Shown: positions 15,146 to 24,276, counted from the stretch's first letter. The stretch: DNA of 32,000 nucleotides from Nostoc sp. PCC 7120 = FACHB-418 (GCF_000009705.1 NC_003272.1:4560001-4592000), one strand, 5' to 3'. A program made the numbers and translations. The notes: generated from the sequence alone by a model not told the origin.

Positions 15146-15281
15146 CTATCCCCCTTTGACAAACCAGTAGGGAGCTGACTCCCCTTAGGAATTATCGCAA
15201 GAAAAAGTAATAGGTGGATAGATTCGCTCAATAAGATTGGCGTGAATAACTCTATGGATACATGAATTGACAAAGATCCTC

Positions 15282-16277
15282 TCAAGATTTGCCTAAAACT
15301 TTCGGATCTAACACGATTTGGGAACCAGATTGATTGACGTGATAAACCCAAGATTGATTCCCCACTCGTACCACCACTTCCCAACCTTGGACTGGTCTAT
15401 ATTCTTTGGTGCAGATTTCCCCAAAGTTAAACTCGCAGGGATTCCCAAAGGTTCTGCGTGTGACTTTGGTAATTTCTATGTTCCGTCTGGGTACACGAGA
15501 ACGTCTAGCTGCATCTGTGAGAATATTATTAGCGATCGCTCGCGGTAGTTGGCTATTTTCGCCTACATTAGCTTTAGGATCGAGGACTATTTGGGAGCCA
15601 GATTGATTGACGTGATAAATCCAAGATTGATTCCCCACTCGCACCACCACTTCCCAACCTTGAACTGGTCGATATTCTTTGGTGCAGATTTCCCCAAAGT
15701 TAAACTCACAGGGATTCCCAAAGGTTCTGCGTGTGACTTTGGTAATTTCTATGTTCCGTCTGGGTACACGAGAACGTCTAGCTGCATCTGTGAGAATATT
15801 ATTAGCGATCGCTCGCGGTAGTTGGCTATTTTCACCTACATTGGCTTTAGGATCGAGGACTATTTGGGAGCCAGATTGATTGACATGATAAACCCAAGAT
15901 TGATTCCCCACTCGTACCACCACTTCCCAACCTTGGACTGGTCGATATTCTTTGGTGCAGATTTCCCCAAAGTTAAACTCACAGGGGTTCCCAAAGGTTC
16001 TTCGTGTGGCTTGAGTGATTCTTAAATTAGTGATTCTGATTCCAGAACGTCGGGAAGCATCATTGAGTACTGCTCTAGCGACGTAACCAGGTAAGCGATT
16101 CTGAGAGTTTTGAGATAGTTCTATCGATTCTGTTGCTGGTGTAGCTGTAGCTCTATAGTCACCAGCCAAACTGAGTCCAGAAGATAGCAGGCTAGTTAAC
16201 GCCAGAGTCAAAACTAACTTTTTAGCGAACTGATGATGTCTGTTAATTACAGGGGGTAATTCAATGATGGGTTTCAT
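15282..16277 (-). CDS. Secreted protein made of three tandem 91-aa repeats of an uncharacterised two-Cys domain
   Basis: The ORF is open to 16328. The likely start is the ATG at 16277 (MKPIIELPP..), preceded by aagagg. Signal-like segment LVLTLALTSLLSSGLSLAG. Three units of LPxx..RRTFGNPCEFNFGEICTKEYRPVQGWEVVVRVGNQSWVYHVNQSGSQIVLDPK. Confidence 0.75.
   Translation of the reverse strand: MKPIIELPPVINRHHQFAKKLVLTLALTSLLSSGLSLAGDYRATATPATESIELSQNSQNRLPGYVARAVLNDASRRSGIRITNLRITQATRRTFGNPCEFNFGEICTKEYRPVQGWEVVVRVGNQSWVYHVNQSGSQIVLDPKANVGENSQLPRAIANNILTDAARRSRVPRRNIEITKVTRRTFGNPCEFNFGEICTKEYRPVQGWEVVVRVGNQSWIYHVNQSGSQIVLDPKANVGENSQLPRAIANNILTDAARRSRVPRRNIEITKVTRRTFGNPCEFNFGEICTKEYRPVQGWEVVVRVGNQSWVYHVNQSGSQIVLDPKVLGKS
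15285..16094 (-). repeat. 3 x 273-bp in-frame tandem repeat
   Basis: Unit boundaries are 16094..15822, 15821..15549 and 15548..15285. Units 2 and 3 share an identical run of about 125 nt. The plus-strand track ORFs at 15318, 15549 and 15822 mirror the periodicity. Confidence 0.9.
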
Positions 16278-16442
16278 AAAACCTCTTGATATGATTCGTA
16301 TCTTGACTAAAAGACGAATAATAAACACCTAATGGCTATCTAGTTTCATAAAAATCATCAATTATTGAAGACTTTTTGGACAAAGCACATTACCCGCTTG
16401 TTGCCTCCCCTACTTAAGATTGACTTTATGAATAGTCTCTAA

Positions 16443-17993
16443 CTATTTAGCCTGTTCATCATGTTCAACTACTTCCGATTTCTCTGTTAATGGTTTGACA
16501 ACTCGTGCGATCGCTTCCTGCACAAATGCTTTAATAAACTCATCCCGGCGATTCATTTGAAATTGCTTCTGCACTACCTCCGTCATCCCCCCATCGCCCC
16601 AATCTTGGTCATGACGAAAATATTCAATGAAACTTTTACCTGCAATTCTGGTTAAATAAGCGGCTGTTACCCCTTGAATGGCTTTGCCAATCACAAAAGT
16701 GGCAACATTTAGTTGTAAGGCTGTGGTTAGTAATTGAATTGCTCCCTTGACAATACCTAAACTAGCAATCGTCTTGGCTAAGGAAAGGGCTAATTCTCGT
16801 CCCCGTTCCATGTTCAATTCACAACCATAGACTCTACCAATTTCTACAACCATTTGGGCATTCACAGCCGCAGTTACCAGTAAATCTACTACAGGTAAAG
16901 GTGTAACTGATACCACACCCGCCCCAATCCACTGAAAACGCTCGACAATTTTATCAGCTTGGCGGCGACGTTGCGCGTCTATGAGTTTGCGGGCTTCTTC
17001 TCCTAAACGCAGAGATTGTAAAAGAATATTATCCGCCACCAAATCCTCACCCTCAGCCCGTAAAATCGCCGCCATCCGCCGCAATAAGGGGACAATATCT
17101 GGTTCTGGTTGGAATGGTTCCCCTGTTTCTAATTGTGCCGCTTCGGGGTTAGCTGCGATCGCTACGACATCATTTGTAGCAATAAATCCCAGCACTCGTT
17201 GGCGTAACCGTGCCAAAATCGCCTCTTTATCTTCATCTGTATACAAGTCGGTTTTGTTGAGAACTAGGAGCGATCGCTTACCAATTTCCGCTAAACTTTT
17301 CAAAGGCTCATATTCTGAGCGTCTTAAATCATTATCCACCACAAATAATAGTAAGTCTGCCTCTGTTGCCAATGCCCTGGCTAGTTGTTCCCGCTCTGTT
17401 CCCGCCACCCCAGCTTCTAAAATCCCTGGCGTATCTGTAATTAAAATCTTCCTTTCCAACCCCTTCAAGCGCAAACAGTAAGTTTCTCCTACTTGGGTTG
17501 TCCCCATTGGTGCATCTACCTTGCCTACCATTCGTCCCATAATTGCATTGACTAAGGAAGTTTTGCCAGCACTCCCTGTCCCAAACACCACTACTTGAAT
17601 TTCACCCCGTGCTAAGTTGGCTTCAATCTCTTTGGAACGACTTAATAAAGCTTGGCGCGCTACTTCATCTTGAATTTGCGACACCTGTTGCCGCACCGCC
17701 TGTAAAGTAGATGAAGCCGCATCAGATTTAGCAGCCGGGATTTGCGCTGCTGTCACGCGGCGACGGTTACGGCGGGAACGTTGTTCACCAGCCTGCAACA
17801 CCATCACATAATAGACAAAAGCCGCAACTAAGCAGCCGATGAGGACAATCAGCAGTAATAACAGCAAATTGCCCAGTAATGGGGAATAAGATAATTGCCA
17901 GTAAAGACGTGAGAGGGAATCAATCAGCCACAGGGCAAGTCCCAGTATGACAATTAAACCAACAATCAGCGTGACTATGCGCGACAGAGGCAT
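16443..17993 (-). CDS. Membrane-anchored GTPase with a C-terminal DUF697/YcjF-like domain
   Basis: 516-aa ORF. Two N-terminal TM helices, G1 GTGSAGKTS, G3 DTPG, G4 NKTD, and a hydrophobic C-terminal third typical of DUF697 proteins. Confidence 0.8.
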   Translation of the reverse strand: MPLSRIVTLIVGLIVILGLALWLIDSLSRLYWQLSYSPLLGNLLLLLLIVLIGCLVAAFVYYVMVLQAGEQRSRRNRRRVTAAQIPAAKSDAASSTLQAVRQQVSQIQDEVARQALLSRSKEIEANLARGEIQVVVFGTGSAGKTSLVNAIMGRMVGKVDAPMGTTQVGETYCLRLKGLERKILITDTPGILEAGVAGTEREQLARALATEADLLLFVVDNDLRRSEYEPLKSLAEIGKRSLLVLNKTDLYTDEDKEAILARLRQRVLGFIATNDVVAIAANPEAAQLETGEPFQPEPDIVPLLRRMAAILRAEGEDLVADNILLQSLRLGEEARKLIDAQRRRQADKIVERFQWIGAGVVSVTPLPVVDLLVTAAVNAQMVVEIGRVYGCELNMERGRELALSLAKTIASLGIVKGAIQLLTTALQLNVATFVIGKAIQGVTAAYLTRIAGKSFIEYFRHDQDWGDGGMTEVVQKQFQMNRRDEFIKAFVQEAIARVVKPLTEKSEVVEHDEQAK

Positions 17994-18083
17994 GGGTGAG
18001 GGCGGTAAAGATTAAATAGGCAGATGCTTCTGATCTTATAAGATGAGTTAAGACTGATATATCCTTCTCGCTAGAGATACAAT

Positions 18084-18110
18084 CCAATTACCCATTACCC
18101 ATTACCCATC
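18084..18110. repeat. STRR-type heptamer array (CCATTAC units)
   Basis: Reads ccaattacccattacccattacccatc. Confidence 0.7.
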
Positions 18111-18405
18111 TTCCCTGTAGGTGAGGATTTTAAAAGCAGTGTAAATAAAAGGGTTTAAGACCCTTACGTCTATACGTAGTGGCGTGTCTAGACTAAAATA
18201 GTGCATAAAAATAACTCTTGTGGTGTGAGCAAGATGCCAATTCCACAAGACAGTCGCTACATTTTGGATATTTTTTTATCTGGAAGTCCCTTATCGCAAT
18301 TATCAAAAAAGAAGATGTAAATAAACAGTCAAATTTTAAATAGCCACACCCTGATAGAAGTGTGTGAGTTAACTTTTTGATCAGGTAAACTCTTGCTTTC
18401 CCAGC

Positions 18406-19122
18406 TTAAATTGCTGTAGATTCTGGTATTTCAAACTTATAACCGTAACCGCGAACAGTTTTAATAAACTCCGGTATACTGGTATCAGATTCTAACTTCT
18501 TACGTAGTTGTCCGATGTGTACGTCAACCACCCGTCCATCTCCTACATAGTCACAACCCCAAATTTTTTGAATTAATTGAGGACGGCTCCAAGCTTGACC
18601 AGGATGACTAGCTAAGAAATGGAGAATATTAAACTCCAAAGCGGTGAGATTCAGAGGTTTATCGTTAAGAGTTACCTCTCTTCCTTCTGGGTTAATTGCT
18701 AACTGCTTAAATATCAAGCGTTGTGAAGGAGAAGGTTTAATAGAGCGGATACGTCTTAAAAGAGCTTGGACGCGAACTTCAATTTCAGCCAAACTAAATG
18801 GCTTCGTAATGAAGTCATCAGCACCAGCAGCCAGGATTCTAATTTTGTCAGCTTCCTCTGTTCTTCCAGTCAAGATCATCACCAAGACGTTATTACGGCT
18901 CTGCATTTCTTGGCAAAGACTGTAGCCACTGGTGTCTGGAAGATTCCAATCAAGAATCACCAAGGCTGGGTTAAATTGCTCAAACAATGACAAAGCTGTT
19001 TTACCATCTGCCGCAGACTCTATTTGATATTTGCGGCTTAAAAAGCGATATATGAGGTTACGGACTCCAAAATCGTCATCTACAACAAGAATTTTGGGGT
19101 TTGTAGCGGAAAGCATCACCAT
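18406..19122 (-). CDS. OmpR-family two-component response regulator (receiver plus winged-helix), orphan
   Basis: 238-aa ORF. Receiver residues: VVDDD, phospho-acceptor in VILDWNLPD, ILTG, ITKPF. C-terminal trans_reg_C motifs: LTALEFNILHFL, VDVHIGQLRKKL, TVRGYGYKF. No histidine kinase gene is adjacent. Confidence 0.9.
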   Translation of the reverse strand: MVMLSATNPKILVVDDDFGVRNLIYRFLSRKYQIESAADGKTALSLFEQFNPALVILDWNLPDTSGYSLCQEMQSRNNVLVMILTGRTEEADKIRILAAGADDFITKPFSLAEIEVRVQALLRRIRSIKPSPSQRLIFKQLAINPEGREVTLNDKPLNLTALEFNILHFLASHPGQAWSRPQLIQKIWGCDYVGDGRVVDVHIGQLRKKLESDTSIPEFIKTVRGYGYKFEIPESTAI

Positions 19123-19675
19123 ATTGTTTCAGCGATTGTTATGGCCTATTGTTTATCTAGCGTTTTGCTGTTTGTTATGCTCCTACACAAGAGACAGCCG
19201 TTAAGGTGATTGTGTTATGAGCGCTTCTAGTAAGGAGCGTTGGTTGAGGTCTACCTCTAGTGAATACGTAGACCAACAATATCTGACAGGAATACATTAT
19301 TTCTGTATTACTTAGCTACACTTAATTTTCCATTAAATTTCTGAAAAGTTCAGCCATGATTATGCAAACAAAATGTATGACTTTTGTATAACCTTGGTAT
19401 GTCTTTCTGCTTACGTGCTAAAATTACGAATCTTCACTGTTGAGAGAAGTCGATAGTTTTCAGTGTGTTTCCCGATTTGTAGAACTTCTCTAAATCAATC
19501 TAGTCGGCTTCAAAATCAAGCGACGAAACAATCCATTTAAAAAATCCGTAGTATAGTCTACTCTGATTTAACTCATGGAAAAACTACCTACGGGGAGATA
19601 TGAGTATTTGTCCGGAGTGTGTCTACGTGCAGCTACCAAAAAAATCGTATTTAATAACACATTTTAGCTGAGAGT

Positions 19676-21976
19676 ATGACCAGCCAAGGACTGAGAGCCT
19701 CGCCTGAAGGTATTAGAGCCGCGAAAACAGCCCTAACCGACAAAACCTTGACTCAACAAAAACTAGCAGCTGCGTTAGGGATTACACGCCAACCAGTCTC
19801 CAAGTTTTTCGCGGGAGAGCCGGTATCTCGCAGTTGTTTTGTGCAAATTTGCCAACAACTAGGACTATCCTGGCAAAAAGTTGTTGGTTTAGCGGAAGAA
19901 GCAATATCAGAGACTAAATTACAATCCCAAGGAATTGACCTTGATGCGTTGGTAAGGGAAGTACGCCAAAAGCGTCAGGAGAAAATTCAAGACCATTGCA
20001 GTACTCTGCAAATGTTAGATATTGCTCAGGCAATTCCCTTAAGTGAAATTTACACTCCTGTGAGTATTTTGGAGGAGATAACCAGTCAGCAATGGCGGGA
20101 AATTTCTGACCTGATGAATGATTGGTGTATTGAATCTAACTTTCAGGGGTTTGGGCAAGGAAAACATCAAAGAGCATTACCAGGGTTAGATGCTATATCG
20201 CGCTATTCAAAATTGATGCTTTTGGGTAAACCTGGGTCTGGGAAGACAACATTTTTACAGTATCTAGCAATGGAATGTAATTATGGTAAATTACGACCCA
20301 ATCAAGTACCTATCTTTATTAGGTTAAAGGAATTTGCTGAAGATACTCAACGTGAGAGTGAGTTAAATCTTTTACAGTACTTAGTTCAAGAATTTCGTTG
20401 CAATGGAGTTGAAGAAGAATCAACTTTAGCGGTGCTTACGGGAGGTAAAGCACTAATTTTACTTGATGCTTTAGATGAAGTGCCATTGAGTCATGTAGAT
20501 AAAGTTATTAGAGAAATCCGCAAGTTTATTCAGACATTTTATAAAAATCAATTTGTAATTACTTGCCGAGTTTCTGCCCAAAAATATAGGTTTCAAGGTT
20601 TCACTGAGGTGGAAATTGCAGATTTTCAAGAACAACAAAGAGATGTTTTTGTCAAGCAATGGTTTATGGCAGTGGCTCATCTGTCAAGCAAAGAAGGTGA
20701 ATCAACTTGCAATATATTTACCCAGCAACTGAACTTACCGGAAAATCAGCGCATCCGAGAATTAGCGAATACACCAATTTTATTGCATCTATTGTGTTTA
20801 ATATTTAAAGTTAAGATGCAATTTCCCTGTAAATCGGCAAATTTATACGAACAGGCACTGAATATTTTCCTGGCTAGATGGGATGAAACTAGAGGTATTA
20901 AAAGAGATGATTTTTATGCACATTTAAATTTAGCAGATAAAAAGAAGCTACTTTGCTATCTTGCCGTCAATACTTTTGTGAAAGGAGATTATTTCTTTAC
21001 TTCAGATAAAATTCAAGACTTAATATGTGATTATTTATCTAACCAATCAAATACCATTGATTTACAGCAACATAGTATAGATATTCTGCAAGGAATTGAA
21101 GCACAAGATGGTTTATTAGTAGAACGAGCTAGGGGGATTGATTCTTTTTCCCATTTGGCATTTCAAGAATATCTCACTGCAAAATATATTGTTGATGATG
21201 CTCAAAATTATAATTGGCAGTTGTTAATTAACCACATAGGCGAAGAGCGTTGGCATAACTTGTTCTTGTTAATCGTCAGTATGTTAGATAAACCTGACAA
21301 CATACTCCAATTAATGAAAGATAAAGTTGATGAGCTTGTAGCTGCTGATGAAAAGATTCAAAGTTATTTAGTTTGGCTGCATCAAAAAACTAATGAAGTT
21401 GTTAATTCAGGGCAAGTATTTGCTACTCGTGCCTTTTACATGATTTGTAGTTACTTTTTTGCCGATAGTGACAACAATGTGTTAGCAGGAGATTTATTTA
21501 ACGATATATCTTTTAATGCTGAATTAGCTCTGGATCAGTTGCTTTTTAGTACTCTGAACTGTGTGAGTGAGCTAGAAATTTGTTTTGAACAAAATCTTCA
21601 TCACGCTCATGCTTTTAATTATATCTACGCTCTCAACATTAATTTCGATGAAGCTATTAATATAGTTAGTGATGCCGAATTTAGAGAAGAATTACAAAAG
21701 CTCAAGAAAGGATTACCCAGTGCAGAAAGTAATTTTGAAAAATTAGTATCTTGGTGGGATGAAAATGGTAAGTCATGGAACCAACAATTGAGTATTAAGA
21801 TAATTAAATATCGTAACATTGGTCACAATTGGCAATTTGAGAAGCAACAAGTTAGGTTATTACAACAATATTTTAAAGCTAATAAATTACTAATGGATTG
21901 TCTAAGATATGCTTTGAATGATGGATTAAAACAAAAAATTGAGGATGAATTATTTCTAATCTACCAAAAGAGATAA
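19676..21976 (+). CDS. STAND NTPase: N-terminal HTH adaptor, NACHT domain, all-helical C-terminal domain (no repeat sensor)
   Basis: 766-aa ORF. N-terminal HTH-like segment LTQQKLAAALGITRQPVSKFFAG..CFVQICQQLGLSWQKV. NACHT Walker A GKPGSGKTTFLQYLA, Walker B ALILLDALDEV, VITCR. The C-terminus ends with NWQFEKQQVRLLQQYFKANKLLMDCL, a tail I recognise from cyanobacterial NACHT proteins. Confidence 0.85.
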   Translation: MTSQGLRASPEGIRAAKTALTDKTLTQQKLAAALGITRQPVSKFFAGEPVSRSCFVQICQQLGLSWQKVVGLAEEAISETKLQSQGIDLDALVREVRQKRQEKIQDHCSTLQMLDIAQAIPLSEIYTPVSILEEITSQQWREISDLMNDWCIESNFQGFGQGKHQRALPGLDAISRYSKLMLLGKPGSGKTTFLQYLAMECNYGKLRPNQVPIFIRLKEFAEDTQRESELNLLQYLVQEFRCNGVEEESTLAVLTGGKALILLDALDEVPLSHVDKVIREIRKFIQTFYKNQFVITCRVSAQKYRFQGFTEVEIADFQEQQRDVFVKQWFMAVAHLSSKEGESTCNIFTQQLNLPENQRIRELANTPILLHLLCLIFKVKMQFPCKSANLYEQALNIFLARWDETRGIKRDDFYAHLNLADKKKLLCYLAVNTFVKGDYFFTSDKIQDLICDYLSNQSNTIDLQQHSIDILQGIEAQDGLLVERARGIDSFSHLAFQEYLTAKYIVDDAQNYNWQLLINHIGEERWHNLFLLIVSMLDKPDNILQLMKDKVDELVAADEKIQSYLVWLHQKTNEVVNSGQVFATRAFYMICSYFFADSDNNVLAGDLFNDISFNAELALDQLLFSTLNCVSELEICFEQNLHHAHAFNYIYALNINFDEAINIVSDAEFREELQKLKKGLPSAESNFEKLVSWWDENGKSWNQQLSIKIIKYRNIGHNWQFEKQQVRLLQQYFKANKLLMDCLRYALNDGLKQKIEDELFLIYQKR

Positions 21977-22066
21977 ATAGACAATATTCATACCACAGCC
22001 AGAGAAAATAAACGGATAAACTTAGCTAAATTGCTATTAATTCCATTAGCAGTTAATAGTTAGGTT

Positions 22067-22522
22067 ATGACTAATAATCCATTAGGCCGTATTATTCCTC
22101 AGCAACCACCCATTGAACCACAGTCTGATGCTCATGTACTCAAGTCTCGTTTAGAGTGGGGCGAACCAGCTTTTACAATACTCGATGTACGCGATCGCTC
22201 TACCTATAATGATGGTCATATTATGGGTGCGATGGCAATGCCCATCGAGGACTTAGTAGACAGAGCCTCATCGTCCTTAGAAAAAAGCCGTGATATTTAT
22301 GTTTATGGCGCAGGTGATGAGCAAACCTCCCAAGCGGTAAATCTCCTGCGTTCGGCTGGTTTTGAACACGTCTCTGAACTCAAGGGTGGTTTAGCTGCAT
22401 GGAAGGCGATTGGCGGCCCTACCGAAGGAATCATTGAATCCAGAACTCCCGCAGGTGCGGATGACTACAACGTTGTTTCTCGAATGCAAAATCATTTAGA
22501 GAATCAGAAGAAGGAAGTTTAG
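22067..22522 (+). CDS. Rhodanese-homology domain protein lacking the active-site Cys
   Basis: 151-aa ORF with ILDVRDRSTYNDGHIMGA and GGLAAWK. The active-site loop position reads IYVYGAGDEQTSQA (Gly where the catalytic Cys is expected). Confidence 0.75.
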   Translation: MTNNPLGRIIPQQPPIEPQSDAHVLKSRLEWGEPAFTILDVRDRSTYNDGHIMGAMAMPIEDLVDRASSSLEKSRDIYVYGAGDEQTSQAVNLLRSAGFEHVSELKGGLAAWKAIGGPTEGIIESRTPAGADDYNVVSRMQNHLENQKKEV

Positions 22523-22543
22523 TAGTCATTGGTTTTTTGTTTG

Positions 22544-22595
22544 GACAGTTGACAGTTGACAGCTGACAGTTAACTGTTAACTGTTGGCTGTTGAC
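22544..22595. repeat. Heptamer (GACAGTT x4 then AACTGTT-type x3) array forming an imperfect long hairpin, a possible bidirectional terminator
   Basis: Reads gacagttgacagttgacagctgacagttaactgttaactgttggctgttgac. It sits exactly between convergent genes ending at 22522 (+) and 22607 (-). Confidence 0.55.
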
Positions 22596-22606
22596 TAACG
22601 ATTAGT

Positions 22607-23236
22607 TTAATGTTCAAACAAATCTTTGAACTGTAATAAGTCTAGGGAAACAATTGTTGGTAGGACTTGAAAGCATTGTTGTGCTAGTTCCCAGCGTTCT
22701 TCGCGTTTGAGCATAGCGACTAATTTTTGTTGGGCGCTAAGTAAATAGCGGACATCATTGGCGGCGTAACTGAGTTGTGCTTCAGTTAAATTCGCTGCGT
22801 TTCCCCAATCTGAACCTTGAGCGCTTTTATCTAGTTCTACTTGTTCTAACTCATGCACCAAATCTTTAAGTCCGTGGCGATTGGTGTAAGTGCGGGCTAA
22901 CTTACTGGCGATTTTGGTGCAGAAAATTGGCTGGACGTGAATATCTAGATGGTGAAGCAAGGTAGCAACATCAAACCGAGCGAAGTGAAAAACTTTGAGG
23001 ACGTTTGTTGCTTCTAGGAGTTTTTTGAGATTTGGGGCTGCGGTTTGTCCTTGGGCTATACGGATTGCAGTTACCTTCCCCTCTGGGTTGCATAGCTGAA
23101 TTAAGCACAGGCGATCGCGCTGGGGTAACAATCCCATCGTTTCTGTATCGACAGCGATCGCCTCGGATTGTAAATATTGGGCTACAGTCGCGTCACTAAG
23201 ATCGCGATCGCCAACTTGGAAATCTTGTAATGTCAT
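22607..23236 (-). CDS. DEDDy 3'-5' exonuclease domain protein (RNase D-like)
   Basis: 209-aa ORF. Exo I AVDTETMGL, Exo II VFHFARFDV, Exo III YAANDVRYL. Confidence 0.85.
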   Translation of the reverse strand: MTLQDFQVGDRDLSDATVAQYLQSEAIAVDTETMGLLPQRDRLCLIQLCNPEGKVTAIRIAQGQTAAPNLKKLLEATNVLKVFHFARFDVATLLHHLDIHVQPIFCTKIASKLARTYTNRHGLKDLVHELEQVELDKSAQGSDWGNAANLTEAQLSYAANDVRYLLSAQQKLVAMLKREERWELAQQCFQVLPTIVSLDLLQFKDLFEH

Positions 23237-23318
23237 GAATTACTCAATAATATATGCAGTATCTGCCGACGAGTCACCGACACTACACTATTATTGTCTA
23301 AAAAATCCACAATTCCAT

Positions 23319-23870
23319 CTATCTAGTACGCAAGAAAATTTGTGTTAGATAGACTTCCCCTTGGGCATTAGTGGCAACGCCAATACCAGTCATATTGAAA
23401 TTGCCTTTGATATTCTTTAAATGACCAGGACTATCTATCCAACCAATCACAGCTTCGTTTGCGGGATCGTCATATCCCCGATTAAAAGCCACATTTTCGG
23501 CAGCATTATTGTAGCGAAGAGGGATAGCATTAACCCGTTGCTCAAATCCTTGATGGCTAAACGGAATTCTACCTTTAGCCATGTTTCGACTGTGAACTCT
23601 TGCTTGCTGAGTGATCCTCGCATTTAAGGTCAACTTTGGTAGTCTTCTAGCTGTCCGATACCGATTAATCTGCTCAAATACTGATTTTTCCAAATCAGTA
23701 GTTTGAAAGGTTGTGGTAGTAGTTGTAGCAACCTGATGAGAAAAAATCGACAACGGTGAATCACCAGTGGCGTGTTTTGTAGAAGAGTGACCTGGTATTA
23801 GAGGAGCCATTAATCCTCCGGCAAGGACAAGCATACTTATAGCGATGCCAAAAGCAGGTTGTCGGGACAT
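23319..23870 (-). CDS. Secreted CAP/SCP/PR1-like domain protein
   Basis: 183-aa ORF with a signal peptide (AFGIAISMLVLAGGLMAP). CAP motifs: HSRNMAKGRIPFSHQGF, AENVAF, SPGHLKNI, GIGVA. Paralogue of 24277..24987. Confidence 0.8.
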   Translation of the reverse strand: MSRQPAFGIAISMLVLAGGLMAPLIPGHSSTKHATGDSPLSIFSHQVATTTTTTFQTTDLEKSVFEQINRYRTARRLPKLTLNARITQQARVHSRNMAKGRIPFSHQGFEQRVNAIPLRYNNAAENVAFNRGYDDPANEAVIGWIDSPGHLKNIKGNFNMTGIGVATNAQGEVYLTQIFLRTR

Positions 23871-24126
23871 GAAGAATTACTTTGTGTACATACTTATAAG
23901 ACCTATACTCTAACTTCTACTTTCTAAGTTATATAACAGGATACTTTTGCAGTTTAATCAGCCTTAAAATTGGGGACGAATTACTAAAAATACACACGCA
24001 GCTAACAATCTAACGATTTCGTTCGCTATTTGTAGCATAAAAAACTATATTATGGATAAATTTTTCTCAAAAAAGGTGAATTCGATGGAACCCTCTAGCT
24101 TGAAAGAGGGTATAGGGGTGTAGGGG

Positions 24127-24151
24127 GATTTTGAATTTTGAATTTTGAATT
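24127..24151. repeat. Heptamer tandem repeat (GAATTTT x3.5) adjoining other dispersed-repeat DNA
   Basis: Reads gattttgaattttgaattttgaatt. It is followed at about 24155..24240 by GC-rich repeat-like sequence (gagaggctgcgccaacgcttaacgcgtagcgtctc). Confidence 0.6.
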
Positions 24152-24276
24152 GGAGCGTAAAGCCTGCGGCATAGCTTCTCCTGTCGGAGAGGCTGCGCCA
24201 ACGCTTAACGCGTAGCGTCTCGTAGAGAAGCGACTTGACGGTGAAACTTGCTTCATCACCCCCCACCCTCAATGTT

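Noticed and set aside
15318-16025. Five plus-strand ORFs (66-90 aa) with repeated sequences antisense to the tri-repeat gene
   Set aside because: They recur only because the underlying 273-bp DNA is triplicated. They are antisense to a signal-peptide-bearing ORF that has a coherent domain structure.
19304-19320. NtcA-like palindrome TGTA-N9-TACA upstream of the response regulator and NACHT genes
   Set aside because: The canonical NtcA site is GTA-N8-TAC. The spacing here is 9 nt by my count, and I cannot place a suitably spaced -10 box. I therefore do not call it.
17290-22190. A 4.9-kb stretch without any GCGATCGC (HIP1), considered as evidence that the response regulator and NACHT genes were horizontally acquired
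   Set aside because: A comparable HIP1-free stretch (about 25390..29120) covers clearly core genes (most of trpB, SUI1, fasciclin). The absence alone is therefore not significant. I keep it only as weak supporting context for the NACHT finding.
24045-24272. 75-aa minus-strand ORF between the two CAP genes
   Set aside because: It runs through the GAATTTT heptamer array and GC-rich dispersed-repeat DNA. The translated sequence (RRSYAAGFTLQFKIQNSKS) is typical of repeat-derived pseudo-ORFs.
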